Positions 22,501 through 25,000 of a stretch of 25,000 nt of DNA are shown here, one piece after another. Made by a program: the position numbers and the translations under genes. This stretch comes from Takakia lepidozioides (Eukaryota > Plantae > Bryophyta). The notes under the pieces were generated by a model that made no database searches, had not been told where the DNA came from, and saw nothing but the letters and a program-made list of their open reading frames with translations. Location of the stretch: the NCBI GenBank assembly GCA_030704615.1, contig JAKLZA010000101.1, positions 1-25,000 of the forward strand, in the 5' to 3' direction. How positions within the stretch are numbered: position 1 is the stretch's first letter; the number at the start of each line of letters is the position of its first letter.

Positions 22501-25000
22501 AGATAGCTCTCAAGAAATGCCTTGGGATTTGCCAGAAGAAAATTGAAGCTCGTTCGTGCGATGCCCACACCTTTAATACCTATCTGGAAGCCCGGCTCAA
22601 CCTGGACACCTACAACATTCTCCCAGAAAAGAAAATGAAAATGCAAGCTGGAATTAACTAGTCTACAAAAGGGAAAAGATGTCCAAGTACTTCTTCCAAA
22701 AGTTGAAGCAGCGTAGAGCCAAGCCATTTCCCACCTCTACACTGACCTTCCGGGTTCCTCATCTTCCATCCCTAAACAAATGTGTGCCTCGGCTTTCAAT
22801 CATTTCTCTAAGCTCTTCCTGGTAGATTCTACCCGGTCAAACTAAGAGAATGCCTCCAATGTATCCCCCGGACTCTTCAGCCTCAAGACTCCCCTGAGTT
22901 AGAAGCTGATATGTCCCCACAAGAGCTTGAGGCCGCTCTCAAAGTTTTAAGCAACAACAAAGCACCGGGGCTTGACGGAATGATAGTGGAGTTTACAAGG
23001 CTATGTGGTCAAACCATCTCCACAACTTTTGTGAAATGGCCACTGCCATCAAGACCCAAAGTTTCATGCCTGTTTCTATGACCCAGGGGGTTATCACTCT
23101 TCTCTATAAGAAATGGGACAGGGCAAACATCGGCAACTATAGGCCTATTACCTTGCTAAATGTAGCATACAAGATTATTGCTAAGGCCCTGGCCCTACGC
23201 ATCCAGCCTCTTCTCCCTTCCATGATCAGATCTAGACATGCAGGCTTTGTAAAGGGAAGATACATCCTTGACAACGTGCTATTAGCTCCGGAAGCGAGCA
23301 CCTATGCATCCAATACTGGTCAGGCCTTAGCCCTCTGACTCCTAGACTTCGAAAAGGCTTTTGATAAAGTCGACTGGTCCTTCCTGTTAGCAGTCCTCGA
23401 GAAAGGTGGCCTCCCTCCCTATTTCTGCAAATGGGTGCACATTCTCTTGCAAGGGGCGAGCAGCAGAGTCATTATCAACGGATACCTTTCAAAATCTTTT
23501 CAGCTTCAAAGGTCAGTCAGACAGGGGTGCCCTCTAGCGCCATTCCTTTTCCTGTTTATTGCTGATGCCCTCGGCCACATGCTTCAAAGCAACTACCAAG
23601 GTAAAAGAATTAAAGCTGCAGAACCCAAGAACTGGCCTCTGGAATGAAGTCAAGGACTCTATGTTCGTTGATGATACCTTTTCGTTGCTTCAGGCAGACT
23701 CCTCCTCTCTGGCTGCAGCACAAGATACCCTGTCTCACTTCTGTGCTATCTCAGGGTTCAAAGTAAACTGGTCAAAATCTAAAGCCTTGCTTCTCGGTGC
23801 TCTAAATCCACCAAAGGATCCCCCCCCCCCCCCCCGGACTTGGGGGCAACACCTCGGTCTAGTATGGCTTAGAGATGGAGAGCCTACCACTTTGCTAGGG
23901 CATACTTTTGGCATCAATTTGACAGAAGAACAGCTTATGGGCCCCACTATTCAAAAACTTAAGCGCCAGCTAGCCTACTGGGGGTCTTGCCACCTATCCA
24001 TTACTTGTAGAGCGTTGGTGGCGAATCAAGTTCTGTTGGCCGGTATATGGTACTTCGCCTCCACCTGGGCCCTGAATCCAAAGTAATTAAAGAAGTCAAG
24101 AGGTTAATCCGCAACTCCATCTTGGGGCGGCATCACCTTCCCAGAACAAGACACCTCAAGTGGACTGGGCCCAGATCTGCCTCCCTAAAAAGATGGGGGA
24201 TTGGGAGTCTTGGACCCAGAGATTCAAATCAAGGCGCTTCTTGAGAAATGGATACCAAGATATCTGGGGCCAGAGAGGCTGGTGGAAGCTCATGGTCTCA
24301 AGCACTATCTTCTCCTCCTCACCAATGCTACGTGTTCTCTGGCCAGAATCCAGCCGATGGATCGTCCAAGGGTTCAACCATAAATCCCCTGGCTCCCAGC
24401 TTTGGTCCTCTATATGGAAATCCTGGAGTTGCCTTAGACCTTTTCTACTGAAAAATGAACCCTCATCTTTCCATAAAACCCTGAAACAACACATGTTCCT
24501 AAATGATCCAACCCCATCAATGCCTGACCGAGGCTCCGCTAGGAGATGGGCTACCTGGGAAACCAGGGGCTTTTCTACTGTTAAACATATCTGGGAAAGC
24601 TCCCCTCAATCCCTTCTTGGGGCTCTGGGTACTAATCGTCTTCGTTCTGGGATATCACGCATTATCCATTCAATCCCACATCCCTGGAAACTTCTGCTGA
24701 AAGATGGCCCGGCCCCTCGTCCTCACCAGTGGGTTCTACCCCACTCTCCCTCACTATAGTCATCTATGTTTCAGGGGTCTCTCCATCTACTATCTCTCGC
24801 TACAGTTTCCAGGCACATGAACTTTCGGGCTGCCTCTCCCTCACTTCCTCGGACACTATCTCAATCCCAAATCACAACACCATCCCGGCCCGTGTCTGCC
24901 ACTGGTCCACCCCGGAAAAAAGCTTCAACCCCACCGTACCAGGAGGCATTCCCATACTAACCTGGTTGAGGAAAGAATCTTTCATTCTGGTTGGGAATTG
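19600..25000 (+). mobile_element. Degenerate non-LTR retrotransposon (L1-clade LINE); 5' boundary approximate, 3' end beyond the window
   Basis: C-rich strand bias from ~19.6 kb, a broken Pro/Ser-rich ORF1-like region (~19720-21430), then ORF2 with APE and RT motifs interrupted by many stops and frameshifts. Confidence 0.9.
21476..25000 (+). pseudogene. LINE ORF2 remnant: APE endonuclease + reverse transcriptase
   Basis: Endonuclease motifs: SWNIRG (21530), IQEHKL, GGTAILL, GDFNMVE (~21968), LDRFY (~22176). RT motifs: KAPGLDG (~22959), NYRPITLLNVAYKIIAKALALRI, LDFEKAFDKVDW (~23342), SVRQGCPLAPFLF (~23513), FVDDT (23664) and SGFKVNWSKS. Split over several frames. Confidence 0.92.

Noticed and set aside
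23820-23835. 16-C run in the RT region as a programmed frameshift or functional poly-Pro
   Set aside because: Lies in an element already broken by many lesions; simple slippage or homopolymer error is sufficient.

Overview
Eukaryotic land-plant nuclear DNA with short GT-AG introns; the compact genes and PLS-PPR style suggest a non-seed plant such as a hornwort, lycophyte or fern, but this is inference only. Three spliced + strand genes can be assembled by hand: a group-J (AtbZIP62-like) bZIP transcription factor (1770-4899, 6 exons), a TenA_E thiamine-salvage gene (5860-8337, 4 exons, with an apparent frameshift at the start of exon 3) and a canonical His-phosphotransfer (AHP/HPt) gene (15821-18491, 6 exons). 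Between the TenA and AHP genes is a ~7 kb patch of debris, mostly on the minus strand. It holds a decayed PLS-class PPR fragment abutting half of an OSB-type PDF ssDNA-binding motif, a diverged 177-bp tandem duplication, a tRNA-derived SINE-like head and one orphan frameshifted exon of a PTI1-like kinase. The last ~5.4 kb is a degenerate L1-clade LINE (APE endonuclease + RT) running off the window end. The most unusual signal is the PDF-motif/PPR juxtaposition. All calls come from manual reading and recalled family motifs; no searches were run.
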